44,661 bases of DNA from a virus (Duplodnaviria > Caudoviricetes). Position 1 is the stretch's first letter. The number at the start of each line of letters is the position of its first letter. The translations under genes and the position numbers were made by a program. The notes under the pieces are model-generated. The model ran no database searches and was not told where the DNA came from. It saw only the letters and a list, made by a program, of their open reading frames with translations. The stretch is taken from the IMG/VR virus record IMGVR_UViG_3300032070_000010, positions 1 to 44,661 of that record. One strand, 5' to 3'. Shown here piece by piece: positions 18,272-27,052 of this stretch.

Positions 18272-18940
18272 ATGAAAAAATCCGATATAGATGAAATATT
18301 GATTAAACACAAAAAATGGCTGAATAGCGAAATAGGTGGTGAATGGGCAAACCTTGAAGGGGCAAACCTTAAAAGGGCAAACCTTAGAGGGGCAAACCTT
18401 GAATGGGCAAACCTTGAATGGGCAAACCTTGAAGGGGCAAACCTTGAAGGGGCAAACCTTGAAGGGGCAAACCTTAGAGGGGCAAACCTTAGATGGGCAA
18501 ACCTTGAAGGGGCAAATCTTAGAGGGGCAAACCTTGAAGGGGCAAACCTTAAAGGGGCAGACCTTGAGGAGGCAAACCTTAGAGAGGCAAACCTTAGATG
18601 GGCAGACCTTGAGGAGGCAAACCTTAGAGAGGCAGACCTTGAGGGGGCAGACCTTAGAGAGGCAGACCTTGAGGAGGCAAACCTTAGCCGGGCAGACCTT
18701 AGACGGGCAGACCTTAAAGGGGCAAACCTTAGAGGGGCAGACCTTGATTTTAGTTGTTTACCCCTGTGGTGCGGAAGTTTTAAAATGAAAGTAGACGACA
18801 ACATATTAGAACAACTATTAACGCACATAAGACGATTAGATGTGTCCGACTGTTCTACCGCAAATAAAAAACTTGTCCGTTCTATACCGAAACGTGTAGA
18901 AGATAAACTGCGTAAACGACACAATATAACGGAGGCGTGA
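18272..18940 (+). CDS. Pentapeptide repeat protein
   Basis: More than 25 A(N/D)Lxx repeats; ILIKHKKWL N-cap and LDFSCLPLWCGS C-cap. Confidence 0.95.
   Translation: MKKSDIDEILIKHKKWLNSEIGGEWANLEGANLKRANLRGANLEWANLEWANLEGANLEGANLEGANLRGANLRWANLEGANLRGANLEGANLKGADLEEANLREANLRWADLEEANLREADLEGADLREADLEEANLSRADLRRADLKGANLRGADLDFSCLPLWCGSFKMKVDDNILEQLLTHIRRLDVSDCSTANKKLVRSIPKRVEDKLRKRHNITEA
18345..18746 (+). repeat. 15-bp tandem repeat (GGCAAACCTTNNNNN / GGCAGACCTTNNNNN)
   Basis: Directly visible; it encodes the pentapeptide repeats. Confidence 0.95.
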
Positions 18941-19045
18941 ACAAAATGCGTGAACTAAAGCGATTGATAAGACTATCGGCAGTTACTAAATTAGACATCA
19001 TACGATATATATTAGATGAACTAACTACGTTTGTTATGTATGGAG

Positions 19046-19402
19046 ATGAGTGAAAGGATTGGTAAAAATAAACCACGAATAAGAACAAAAGAACAAAACA
19101 GACAACACAATAAAGAATGGAGACAGCGTGTAAAAATAGACGTAATATCACATTACGGACATGATGGAAAACCAACTTGTGTCAGTTGTGGATTTGATGA
19201 TATACGTGCATTATCCATTGACCACATATTTAATGATGGTAGTTCACAAAGAAAGTCAATGCCTGAAACAAAAGGTAGTTGTTTTTATCCATGGTTGCGA
19301 AAGCATAACTACCCAGTTGGCTATCAAACACTTTGCATGAATTGCCAATTTATTAAACGGTTTATGGTATTTGAACAACAAAATCAATATAAAGGGGTGT
19401 AA
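19046..19402 (+). CDS. HNH-type endonuclease
   Basis: CVSCG..DIRALSIDHIFNDG...YQTLCMNC. Confidence 0.8.
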   Translation: MSERIGKNKPRIRTKEQNRQHNKEWRQRVKIDVISHYGHDGKPTCVSCGFDDIRALSIDHIFNDGSSQRKSMPETKGSCFYPWLRKHNYPVGYQTLCMNCQFIKRFMVFEQQNQYKGV

Positions 19403-19404
19403 TT

Positions 19405-19764
19405 ATGATGTTATTGAAGGACAATATGAAAAAAGAACGAAATAGAATCGGATTATTGCAAATGCTCAGAGAACAGGAAATACGTGATTTAAAAAATGAA
19501 AATGTAAAACGTATTGCGTCTGATTCAATCACGACAGAAAATGATTATTCAGAAAACTTTAATAATGATTGTTGGACTGAAGTTGGCGTCTACACACAAA
19601 TTGATGTGTATAATAGAGACGATGGTAGACAAAACATATTTAACAACAAACGAATGGTATCTAATTTAAACAAAGAAACAGACAACGATTTCAATGAGAG
19701 ACAGTTCAACATACTTAAAATGTTGAAACAAAAAAGAAAACAGGAGGACAAAAAATATGAGTAA
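19405..19764 (+). CDS. Hypothetical protein
   Basis: 119-aa ORF. Confidence 0.7.
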   Translation: MMLLKDNMKKERNRIGLLQMLREQEIRDLKNENVKRIASDSITTENDYSENFNNDCWTEVGVYTQIDVYNRDDGRQNIFNNKRMVSNLNKETDNDFNERQFNILKMLKQKRKQEDKKYE

Positions 19765-20080
19765 TATTCACATCCACTGTGGCGGTGAACTTACGCTACA
19801 AAAAGAAGGAAATTCCCGAGAGTATGACCTATACTTCTGTGACAAATGCCGAAAGGTAGTTAAGGTTTTCACAGCACCATCGTATGATGAATATGTCGCA
19901 GAGGGTTATATTAAAAAACCTGCGGTATATTTCTTTATGCAAAATGGGGCACAGTTTTGTTCAAAATGTGGAACAATGAATAGCACACATGATAAGAAAT
20001 GTAGAGGGTGTGGCGGTAAACTTACAGTGAACATCCCAAAACCACGGACAATTACAGACACAGGGAGGTTTGGACTATGA
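19757..20080 (+). CDS. Double Zn-ribbon protein
   Basis: HIHCGG, CDKC, CSKCG and CRGCG. Confidence 0.75.
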   Translation: MSNIHIHCGGELTLQKEGNSREYDLYFCDKCRKVVKVFTAPSYDEYVAEGYIKKPAVYFFMQNGAQFCSKCGTMNSTHDKKCRGCGGKLTVNIPKPRTITDTGRFGL

Positions 20081-20172
20081 TTACACTAGAAAACAAATGT
20101 CCTAACTGTGGTGCATTTAATCACCCAAACAATAAAAAATGTAGAAAATGTGGGGCGTGGTTACACATATGA
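20077..20172 (+). CDS. Zn-ribbon micro-protein (31 aa)
   Basis: CPNCG...CRKCG, with ATGA overlaps at both ends. Confidence 0.6.
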   Translation: MITLENKCPNCGAFNHPNNKKCRKCGAWLHI

Positions 20173-20369
20173 TGAAAAGCATTGTCTATATTATGTATTC
20201 GCATAAACGACACTACATCGATTCAGACAATTGGTATTATGATACAAAGATTCACGGAATATTCACCGAAGAAGATGTATCGAAGTATAGACTTGAAAGA
20301 AAAAAAGCAAACGTTAAATGCATGATTGTTCCATTAAATAAGTTCGTTGAATCTGGGGTTGAACTATGA
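20169..20369 (+). CDS. Hypothetical protein
   Basis: Coupled ORF. Confidence 0.65.
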   Translation: MMKSIVYIMYSHKRHYIDSDNWYYDTKIHGIFTEEDVSKYRLERKKANVKCMIVPLNKFVESGVEL

Positions 20370-20701
20370 AGATAAATAAAATCATCGGCAAACCAATCTA
20401 CTTCATTGACAAAAACGGGGCGTGGAGAATTTCAATAGCAACTTCCGTTGTTGGTAACACGATTACAACAACCGATGCAGTTGGTGGTAAGGAACGGATA
20501 CACCCAACGACAAGTAAAATATTCGGTGTGGTAACTTATAGCAAGAAACAACAGGTTGTCTTTGAAGAAATAGAATTTAATCAAATACGAATTGGAAAGA
20601 ACATAAAGAACAAGGTTATAAAAAAGGAAATAGATGCAATGAAAGTAAAACCACTTAGGACAAAGCGACCCAGAGCAGGTAGACCAAAGAAGGTGAAATA
20701 A
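20366..20701 (+). CDS. Basic hypothetical protein with an AT-hook-like C-terminus
   Basis: RPRAGRPKK. Confidence 0.7.
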   Translation: MKINKIIGKPIYFIDKNGAWRISIATSVVGNTITTTDAVGGKERIHPTTSKIFGVVTYSKKQQVVFEEIEFNQIRIGKNIKNKVIKKEIDAMKVKPLRTKRPRAGRPKKVK

Positions 20702-21030
20702 TGGCGATAACAGACATTCACATAAACAAAAAGATAATAATTAAACACATAGTAGATACTAGCCACGTTTCGGTGTCATTCGCTAGTCACTATGTCCATG
20801 ATAAAGAAACAATGTTGGGGTTCTATAATCTAAATTCAGCACACATCTGTTTGATGTTGGATAGAATAAACGATGCAGATAGCGAATCATTTAAAAATAA
20901 ATCAATGGAGGAAAAGGTTTGCTATTGCCTAACACACGAAGAAATACACCACTGGTTAAATGAAAATGAGGGTTCAATGACCTGTTGGAAATTTGACAAT
21001 ATAGCGTTTAAATTTATGAGAGGAATGTAA
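20701..21030 (+). CDS. Small HExxH (zincin-like) protein
   Basis: THEEIHHWL...G..TC..FDNIA. Confidence 0.7.
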   Translation: MAITDIHINKKIIIKHIVDTSHVSVSFASHYVHDKETMLGFYNLNSAHICLMLDRINDADSESFKNKSMEEKVCYCLTHEEIHHWLNENEGSMTCWKFDNIAFKFMRGM

Positions 21031-21056
21031 AATGAAAAAGAGATTCGAGTTGGTAG

Positions 21057-21374
21057 ATGAAGAAGGATATATTTTACTTGTCTATGAGTGGGAGTAATAA
21101 TATGACAGTAGAATTTAAAAAAGGTCATAATAATTCACGTCACATTGAAGAAAAATTATTGGACAAAGAAGAATCAATATGGTTTATTTCATTCCTTGAG
21201 GAAGAAATACAAAGACACAAAGAGGCAATAATGAAGTGCGATTATCTAATGAGGTTCTTTCATCTCGTTCCCGTTGTTCGTATTGCATACGAGAGTTCAA
21301 TTCTAGGACATAGGGATGATATCGTAGCAACACAAAAAACAGTGGATTATTTAAAAGATAAATGGAGGATTTAA
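21057..21374 (+). CDS. Hypothetical protein
   Basis: 105-aa ORF; the true start may be the MTVEF ATG. Confidence 0.65.
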   Translation: MKKDIFYLSMSGSNNMTVEFKKGHNNSRHIEEKLLDKEESIWFISFLEEEIQRHKEAIMKCDYLMRFFHLVPVVRIAYESSILGHRDDIVATQKTVDYLKDKWRI

Positions 21375-21542
21375 ATGAGTGCAAATAAAAAAGCAAGAGA
21401 CAAAGCATACTTCGAAATAGCGACAATGGGTAAGGTTTCACATCCAACACATAGGCAGGTTACATCGGCAAACAGACAAAAGAAAGACCGTAAACGTGCA
21501 GAACAGCGTGAACTAAACTTAGCAAGATTCAAGCGTGATTAG
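21375..21542 (+). CDS. Basic micro-protein (55 aa, not in the track)
   Basis: GGAGG RBS; MSANKKARDK...FKRD*. Confidence 0.55.
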   Translation: MSANKKARDKAYFEIATMGKVSHPTHRQVTSANRQKKDRKRAEQRELNLARFKRD

Positions 21543-21705
21543 AGATGACGACAGATTCGCTACTTAAAGAAATTAAATCATATCGTTATTTATCACCAAA
21601 AGAAATAAGATGTAGAAAAATTAGAAAAATAATTAAAAATAATAATAAATCGTTGATATCACGTGCAAGAGAAATACACGATTTATTCGATGGGGTGTAT
21701 TAAAG

Positions 21706-22551
21706 ATGACGATAGTTATTCCAGAACAATTAAAGAATTATGCCTTTCGCTTTATTAGAATAGATATGGAAGGACCGAGTGCCAGAAAGAAACCGCTAGA
21801 CATAGATTGGCAGAACACAAATAACTATGCAATAATTGATAGAACTCTTAGAGATTGGGTAATGTTCGGTAACAATTATGGCGTGGTTTGTGGTTACGGA
21901 AACCTTGCGGTGATAGATGCCGATGACCCTGAGATAGATTTTCTGGTATTAAACCGATTGCCAAAGACGTTCACGGTGAGAACAGGAAGCGGTGGAAAAC
22001 ACTATTATTATATTATACCAGACTTGGAAAAGAAATTTGTTCTGACAAAAGGAGACAAGCACTATGGGGAAATACAGTGGAAAAATTCTCAGGTCGTTGG
22101 TCCTAACTCTGTTCATCCGAGTGGAAATAAGTATGTGGTTGTGGGTGATTATGCTATTGCTACTATATCGAATCAACACATAAAGGAAGTGTTCGAAAAA
22201 TTTATAACGCCAAATACCCCAGAGAGGACTTATCAAGGAGAAAATCCTCACCAATATATTGACCTATCTAAGATTGTAAACTTAGAAAACTTCAGACAAA
22301 AGGGCGGTGAGTTTGTTGGAAAACATCCAATACACGGTTCATCCACTGGCGGAAACTTCAGTATCAATATCGAAAAAGGACTATTTCACTGTTTCCGTTG
22401 CGGAACGGGAGGCGGTGCTGTAAGTTTAATAGCAATGTTGAACGGACTAATTAAATGTTCAGATGTAAGAATGGGTTGCATTACACCAGAGATTCGTGAA
22501 CAGGTTGTCAAGATAGCAAAAGAACAATATGGTATAATAATAGAGGATTAA
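21706..22551 (+). CDS. Bifunctional DNA primase/polymerase (prim-pol) with a C-terminal CHC2-like Zn finger
   Basis: KKP...WQ, NYGVVCG..LAVIDAD, TVRTGSGGKHYYY, VVGPNSVHPSG; HPIH...FHCFRCG.GG. Confidence 0.9.
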   Translation: MTIVIPEQLKNYAFRFIRIDMEGPSARKKPLDIDWQNTNNYAIIDRTLRDWVMFGNNYGVVCGYGNLAVIDADDPEIDFLVLNRLPKTFTVRTGSGGKHYYYIIPDLEKKFVLTKGDKHYGEIQWKNSQVVGPNSVHPSGNKYVVVGDYAIATISNQHIKEVFEKFITPNTPERTYQGENPHQYIDLSKIVNLENFRQKGGEFVGKHPIHGSSTGGNFSINIEKGLFHCFRCGTGGGAVSLIAMLNGLIKCSDVRMGCITPEIREQVVKIAKEQYGIIIED

Positions 22552-22553
22552 AA

Positions 22554-22856
22554 ATGCAATCTAAATCACAAATTAAATATAATAACTCATTAAAAGGAAT
22601 ACAAAGAAATATTAGATATGAGCAATCAAAAAAATATAAATCTCTTAGAAAAGAATATAACAAATTGCACCATTATATTAATCTATTCAGACAATATCAT
22701 AATTTTGTTATGGAAAATTGTGCAATCTGTGGTTCAAATAAAACTGAATGCCATCATCCAAATACAAAATTACCTCTGCATATTTATTTTTTATGTAGAA
22801 AACATCATTTAGAGCAACACGGAATGATTGAAAGTAGTTCAATCTTAAAGGAATGA
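22554..22856 (+). CDS. HNH-like protein
   Basis: CAICG...ECHHP...FLCRKHH...H. Confidence 0.7.
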   Translation: MQSKSQIKYNNSLKGIQRNIRYEQSKKYKSLRKEYNKLHHYINLFRQYHNFVMENCAICGSNKTECHHPNTKLPLHIYFLCRKHHLEQHGMIESSSILKE

Positions 22857-22868
22857 TAAGGTGATAAA

Positions 22869-23111
22869 ATGAGTGAATTAAAAAAACTTTGGGCAAAACG
22901 AAATAAATTACATAAGAGAACGCAGGTCCGTCTGAGTGTTGTTGACGACATATTATTAAATCATAGACGACAAACCATTCGTGCTATCGATAGGACAATT
23001 AACGATATGAAGTGGTATAGACGACAAAACTATTCATACGTTGACGGCTCTGTTACTGAAGTTAAAATACCTAAAAACAATAAGAGAGCAGAAGAAAGCA
23101 AATATTTATAG
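22869..23111 (+). CDS. Hypothetical basic protein
   Basis: GGTGA RBS. Confidence 0.65.
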   Translation: MSELKKLWAKRNKLHKRTQVRLSVVDDILLNHRRQTIRAIDRTINDMKWYRRQNYSYVDGSVTEVKIPKNNKRAEESKYL

Positions 23112-23118
23112 GTGTATT

Positions 23119-23550
23119 ATGAAACTAAGGAAAGCGATATCACTAATATTGATTATCACAATGATATGCACCATAGTAACAGCAGGTCTTATGACATACA
23201 TCGGAAAACTTCAATCGAATATAACTGTCGAGCAACCAGTTCGCCTAGATTGGCACAATTACGACAAAACAGTTATGGACAATTTCACTGGAATTGGGGG
23301 CAATACGGTGAAACGAAACCACACGCTTGAGATTAGGTGCGATAGAAATGTTAATTTAACCATAACAACGAAGGCAGTTCAGGGAATATTAACATACTAC
23401 GAATACTACGAAGGGGTTGTTTGCCACAGTCTAACCAATCCTCAACTGTTGTCACCTGGAATATACACGATTACATTCTGTTATGAGTTAGACCTAAATC
23501 TTACACCTGCAAAATATATATTACTTAGCACACTATCGGTGACAAAATGA
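23119..23550 (+). CDS. Secreted or membrane-anchored beta-rich protein
   Basis: Signal-like MKLRKAISLILIITMICTIVTAG followed by an Ig-like beta pattern. Confidence 0.65.
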   Translation: MKLRKAISLILIITMICTIVTAGLMTYIGKLQSNITVEQPVRLDWHNYDKTVMDNFTGIGGNTVKRNHTLEIRCDRNVNLTITTKAVQGILTYYEYYEGVVCHSLTNPQLLSPGIYTITFCYELDLNLTPAKYILLSTLSVTK

Positions 23551-23744
23551 CGAAAGTAGAGAAGCGAATAGTTATATTTCCGCAGAAATTTAAATCAGTG
23601 ACGTTAACTATCACTGATGCGGAATCATTTAAAGAGGCAGATGAATTGCTGATACACGAAGTATCACGATATCTTGACCTATTGGAAAAGGAAGATATAG
23701 AAGTATTAAAACGAACAATAGGATTGGTGGTAATAAATGAGTGA
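23547..23744 (+). CDS. Hypothetical protein
   Basis: Coupled ORF. Confidence 0.65.
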   Translation: MTKVEKRIVIFPQKFKSVTLTITDAESFKEADELLIHEVSRYLDLLEKEDIEVLKRTIGLVVINE

Positions 23745-24012
23745 AGAAGGAAAGAAATTAGAATTGAACCTGAAAGACAATGTTGCAACAAAAGAATCGT
23801 TTGGTGCGGAAGGACCAACAAAAGAGCAACTCCAGACGATTGAGAAACAAATCATACTTGTGCTGCTCGACACAAAGAAAATGCTAACAACGGCTGCTGA
23901 GTTATACACAAAGTTGCGGTGCTTCCACTTGGTTATATCTTTGGATGCATGTGTGAAAAACATCGATGAATATCTTGCGGAGTATGAACGACAAAAGGCG
24001 GTGAGCAAATAA
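23737..24012 (+). CDS. Hypothetical protein
   Basis: Coupled ORF. Confidence 0.7.
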   Translation: MSEEGKKLELNLKDNVATKESFGAEGPTKEQLQTIEKQIILVLLDTKKMLTTAAELYTKLRCFHLVISLDACVKNIDEYLAEYERQKAVSK

Positions 24013-24200
24013 TGTTTGCTTACAATATCGATAGGTTAGTTCAGAAGATAGATGATTTTCTAGCATATGATGTATCACTGAGAATGGCAGAGGAATTTAT
24101 GAAAACTCCAAGCGATGAATATGCAGATTGGCAAGATGAATGCAAAAAAGAATTTGACAAAATGCAACGACAGATATACAGATTTATACTGGAGTTCTAA
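24012..24200 (+). CDS. Hypothetical protein
   Basis: TAATG coupling at both ends. Confidence 0.7.
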   Translation: MFAYNIDRLVQKIDDFLAYDVSLRMAEEFMKTPSDEYADWQDECKKEFDKMQRQIYRFILEF

Positions 24201-24511
24201 TGACGAATAAGAACTATGTGAAAGGTGCAAACTTCGAGAGAAAAGTTAAAAAGCAATACGAAGAATATGGATATCTCGTATTCAGAACTGCGGGGTCACA
24301 CTCACCTGCTGATTTGATAGCATTTCCACCTTTGAGAAACATCAAAGAGTGGCAACCAATATTAATCCAATGCAAGAATACAAAGAAAGTGTATCTTCCA
24401 GATGATATGAAAGAACTAAAATCAATTGCAGAGGAACACGGTTTACGTGCAGTTCTCATAAGTAAAAGAGATAAAAAACCAAATTTGGTTACATGGATAG
24501 TGAAAGAATGA
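24200..24511 (+). CDS. hjc: Archaeal-type Holliday junction resolvase
   Basis: KGANFER, GYLVFRTAGS, DLIA and LIQCK. Confidence 0.85.
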   Translation: MTNKNYVKGANFERKVKKQYEEYGYLVFRTAGSHSPADLIAFPPLRNIKEWQPILIQCKNTKKVYLPDDMKELKSIAEEHGLRAVLISKRDKKPNLVTWIVKE

Positions 24512-24996
24512 ATGAAGAACCACAAAAGAAAGACTTAACGGTTGTTCTTATTCCAGTAACAGCACAACCTCCAACATTTGGTATGATAATGTCAATCATG
24601 GCTTTGTATGATAAGTATGATGAGTTCGTGATTTGCGTTAGGGATGACCCGATAGTGCTAGACACGGAGACTATCGTTAAAATGCTATCTCTAATATTCA
24701 GATTACCTAAGTTCATGGTTATATCCCACACGCAAAACTTCGAATCTCTGGTTGAGTTTCCTCAAGACCTTCCGTTCTTTAATTACGTTGCTACGCTATC
24801 AGAACGGGTGCATACAAACTTGGTATTGAAGGGCTACGGTAGTTATCTAATACCACGTGCTATGGGGTTTGATGAGATGTTTCACCGCAATGCTTGGAGA
24901 CAGAGCAATGCACTGGAAATATTACGTTCAAATATTAAACAAACAAAATTTAAAGATTGTGTAAAAAAACCTGAGCCACAGGAGGAAGGTGATTAA
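24508..24996 (+). CDS. HUP-fold nucleotidyltransferase-like protein with a degenerate HIGH motif
   Basis: VLIPVTAQPPTFGM...YDEFVICV resembles the PPAT/cytidylyltransferase pattern xxPGTFDPxTxGH...DxVxxxV. Confidence 0.5.
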   Translation: MNEEPQKKDLTVVLIPVTAQPPTFGMIMSIMALYDKYDEFVICVRDDPIVLDTETIVKMLSLIFRLPKFMVISHTQNFESLVEFPQDLPFFNYVATLSERVHTNLVLKGYGSYLIPRAMGFDEMFHRNAWRQSNALEILRSNIKQTKFKDCVKKPEPQEEGD

Positions 24997-25338
24997 ATGG
25001 CATGGACCAGTAGACAGGAAAATGAGGATGTTGTGTTTGTCGCATTCGGCAAAGAGAATGCAAAGGGCGATAATACATACCTTGTTGAAGCAGGTGGAAG
25101 TATCGAAGGTCACGTTACGAAGATAGCAAACTCTGAGACATACAAGAAAGTCTATACCTTACAAGTCGATGGTGTCGAAAAGAAAGTCGTTATCACTGGA
25201 AAAACTCTGTTGATAAAACAGATGGAACGCAACGAAGTTAAAGAAGGCGACCTAGTGCGAATCACTTACATTGGTATGTTCAAGACAAGCAGAGGAAAAC
25301 CAGGATACAACCTGAAAGTCGAAGTTGATAGGAATTAA
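24997..25338 (+). CDS. OB-fold single-stranded DNA-binding protein (putative)
   Basis: G.SIEG, G.T.L...M, VKEGDLVRITYIG...G...; located in the replication cluster. Confidence 0.6.
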   Translation: MAWTSRQENEDVVFVAFGKENAKGDNTYLVEAGGSIEGHVTKIANSETYKKVYTLQVDGVEKKVVITGKTLLIKQMERNEVKEGDLVRITYIGMFKTSRGKPGYNLKVEVDRN

Positions 25339-25369
25339 ATCCTATCTCTTTCATTCTTTAGAGGTAAAA

Positions 25370-25663
25370 ATGGTAGACTATAAAATTTGGGTAATATGGT
25401 GGTGGGATGAAGAACCTTCCACATTTGAAGATATAAAAAGGGATTGTTCAAAAATGACCGATACTGAAAAAGAATCATTTCATATATTAAAACCATATGT
25501 TACACCAAAAGATATTAAACACATTGAATATACAAAACAAACAAGTCTCGATGAGGTTATTAGGTTCTGTCAAATGCGTGGATTTACAAAATATGTTATT
25601 TTCAATTCAGATTTCAAACATGTTGCCACAGATGGTAAACATGTTTTACTAGGATTAGGATAG
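25370..25663 (+). CDS. Hypothetical protein
   Basis: GAGGT RBS before the MVDYK ATG. Confidence 0.65.
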   Translation: MVDYKIWVIWWWDEEPSTFEDIKRDCSKMTDTEKESFHILKPYVTPKDIKHIEYTKQTSLDEVIRFCQMRGFTKYVIFNSDFKHVATDGKHVLLGLG

Positions 25664-25823
25664 GTGAAATAATGGAAGAAAGAAAGCATGTTTGGTTAAG
25701 AAGGGAAAGATGCTTTGCACAATATGGAAATCTTAAACATCATTATTCATATTATTATTATATATGCGAAGATTGTGGTATTATAATATCAGAAGAAGAA
25801 TATAATAAATTGGAGGAAGAATA

Positions 25824-26699
25824 ATGGAAACACCGATGGTAGAATTAAAAACATATGCAACCGATAATGTCCGATTCTTTGCAAAACTAGAGGGTGTGTC
25901 AATCGGTGGGTCAATTAAAGACCGAGTTGGTGATTGGCTAGTTCACCAGGCGGTGAAACATGGCTATTTAACGAAAGGTGACACCATTATTGAGGCAACA
26001 TCGGGAAATACTGGCATTGGATTGGCTATTGCTGCGGTAAAATACGGTTTTCCATGCAAACTATTAGTTCCAAAGTCAACTGCAAAAATGAAGATTAAGA
26101 TGATGAGAGCCTTCGGTGCTACCGTTGAAATCATCGATGGAACGATTGACGATTGCATTGGCTTAGTTGAGGGAATGGCTGCAAAATCAAATTACGTGTG
26201 GCTAAATCAATATGACAATGAGGAAAGTGTCGAATGTCATTATAGAACAACTGCGAGAGAAATTGAAGATTGGATGTGGAATTACATAAAACGCAATCAA
26301 TCGATATTTAATAATTCTAGTAAAAAGCAATTTATACTTGTCGCTGCAATGGGAACAACAGGAACTATAATGGGATGTTCAAAGTATCTAAGTCCTCAAG
26401 GATGGACAATCTACGGTGCAATGCCAGACCCAAAAAGCAAGATTGAGGGATTAAAAAACTTACATATTCAACGCAGACCGAAGATATTTGACCGCAGGGA
26501 AATAGACCAAGTGATTTGCGTGAACAGTGCAGAAACGAAACGTGCAATAAAAGACCTTGCACTGAGAGAGGGTATCCTAGCAGGTCCGAGTTCTGGTGCT
26601 GCGTTATGTGCTGCACTATTCGTTGCAAACTTACAGCCTAAAGATAAGAAAACAAATATCGTTGTAATATTCGCAGATAGGGGTGAACGCTATTTATAA
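25824..26699 (+). CDS. cysM: PLP-dependent cysteine synthase (CysM/CysK family)
   Basis: AKLE...GGSIKDR (PLP lysine), EATSGNTGIGLA, NQYDN, MGTTGTIMG, IEGL, GPSSGAA and DRGERYL. Confidence 0.9.
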   Translation: METPMVELKTYATDNVRFFAKLEGVSIGGSIKDRVGDWLVHQAVKHGYLTKGDTIIEATSGNTGIGLAIAAVKYGFPCKLLVPKSTAKMKIKMMRAFGATVEIIDGTIDDCIGLVEGMAAKSNYVWLNQYDNEESVECHYRTTAREIEDWMWNYIKRNQSIFNNSSKKQFILVAAMGTTGTIMGCSKYLSPQGWTIYGAMPDPKSKIEGLKNLHIQRRPKIFDRREIDQVICVNSAETKRAIKDLALREGILAGPSSGAALCAALFVANLQPKDKKTNIVVIFADRGERYL

Positions 26700-26719
26700 A
26701 TACATGGGGTTGATATAAA

Positions 26720-27052
26720 TTGTTCGATAGAAAAGCATACGCTAAAAAATATTATAAAAAATATCGAAAAATAAATAGAAAACGATATAATAAATATTCA
26801 GAAAAACACAGACAAAAAATTAGGTGCTTTCTAAATGATATTAAATCAAATGGTTGTGCAATATGCGGATATAATAAACATATAAAAATATTGCATTTCC
26901 ATCATGTTACTAAAAAATATAAAAAATTCAATGTTGATTCTGGAACGGTTGGGATGAAGCAATTAATTAATGAAATTGATAAATGTGTAATATTGTGTGC
27001 AAATTGTCACTATGAAATGCATCTTATAGAAAATGGAGAGATAAAAAAATGA
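26720..27052 (+). CDS. HNH endonuclease
   Basis: CAICGY...LHFHH...EIDKCVILCANCH. Confidence 0.85.
   Translation: MFDRKAYAKKYYKKYRKINRKRYNKYSEKHRQKIRCFLNDIKSNGCAICGYNKHIKILHFHHVTKKYKKFNVDSGTVGMKQLINEIDKCVILCANCHYEMHLIENGEIKK

Noticed and set aside
18345-18746. Repeat array as a CRISPR array or DGR variable region
   Set aside because: The period is 15 bp with no spacers, it is in-frame coding, and no reverse transcriptase or cas gene was recognised.
18235-18924. Long antisense (229 aa) and alternate-frame (150 aa) ORFs over the pentapeptide gene
   Set aside because: They are by-products of a stop-free 15-bp tandem repeat.
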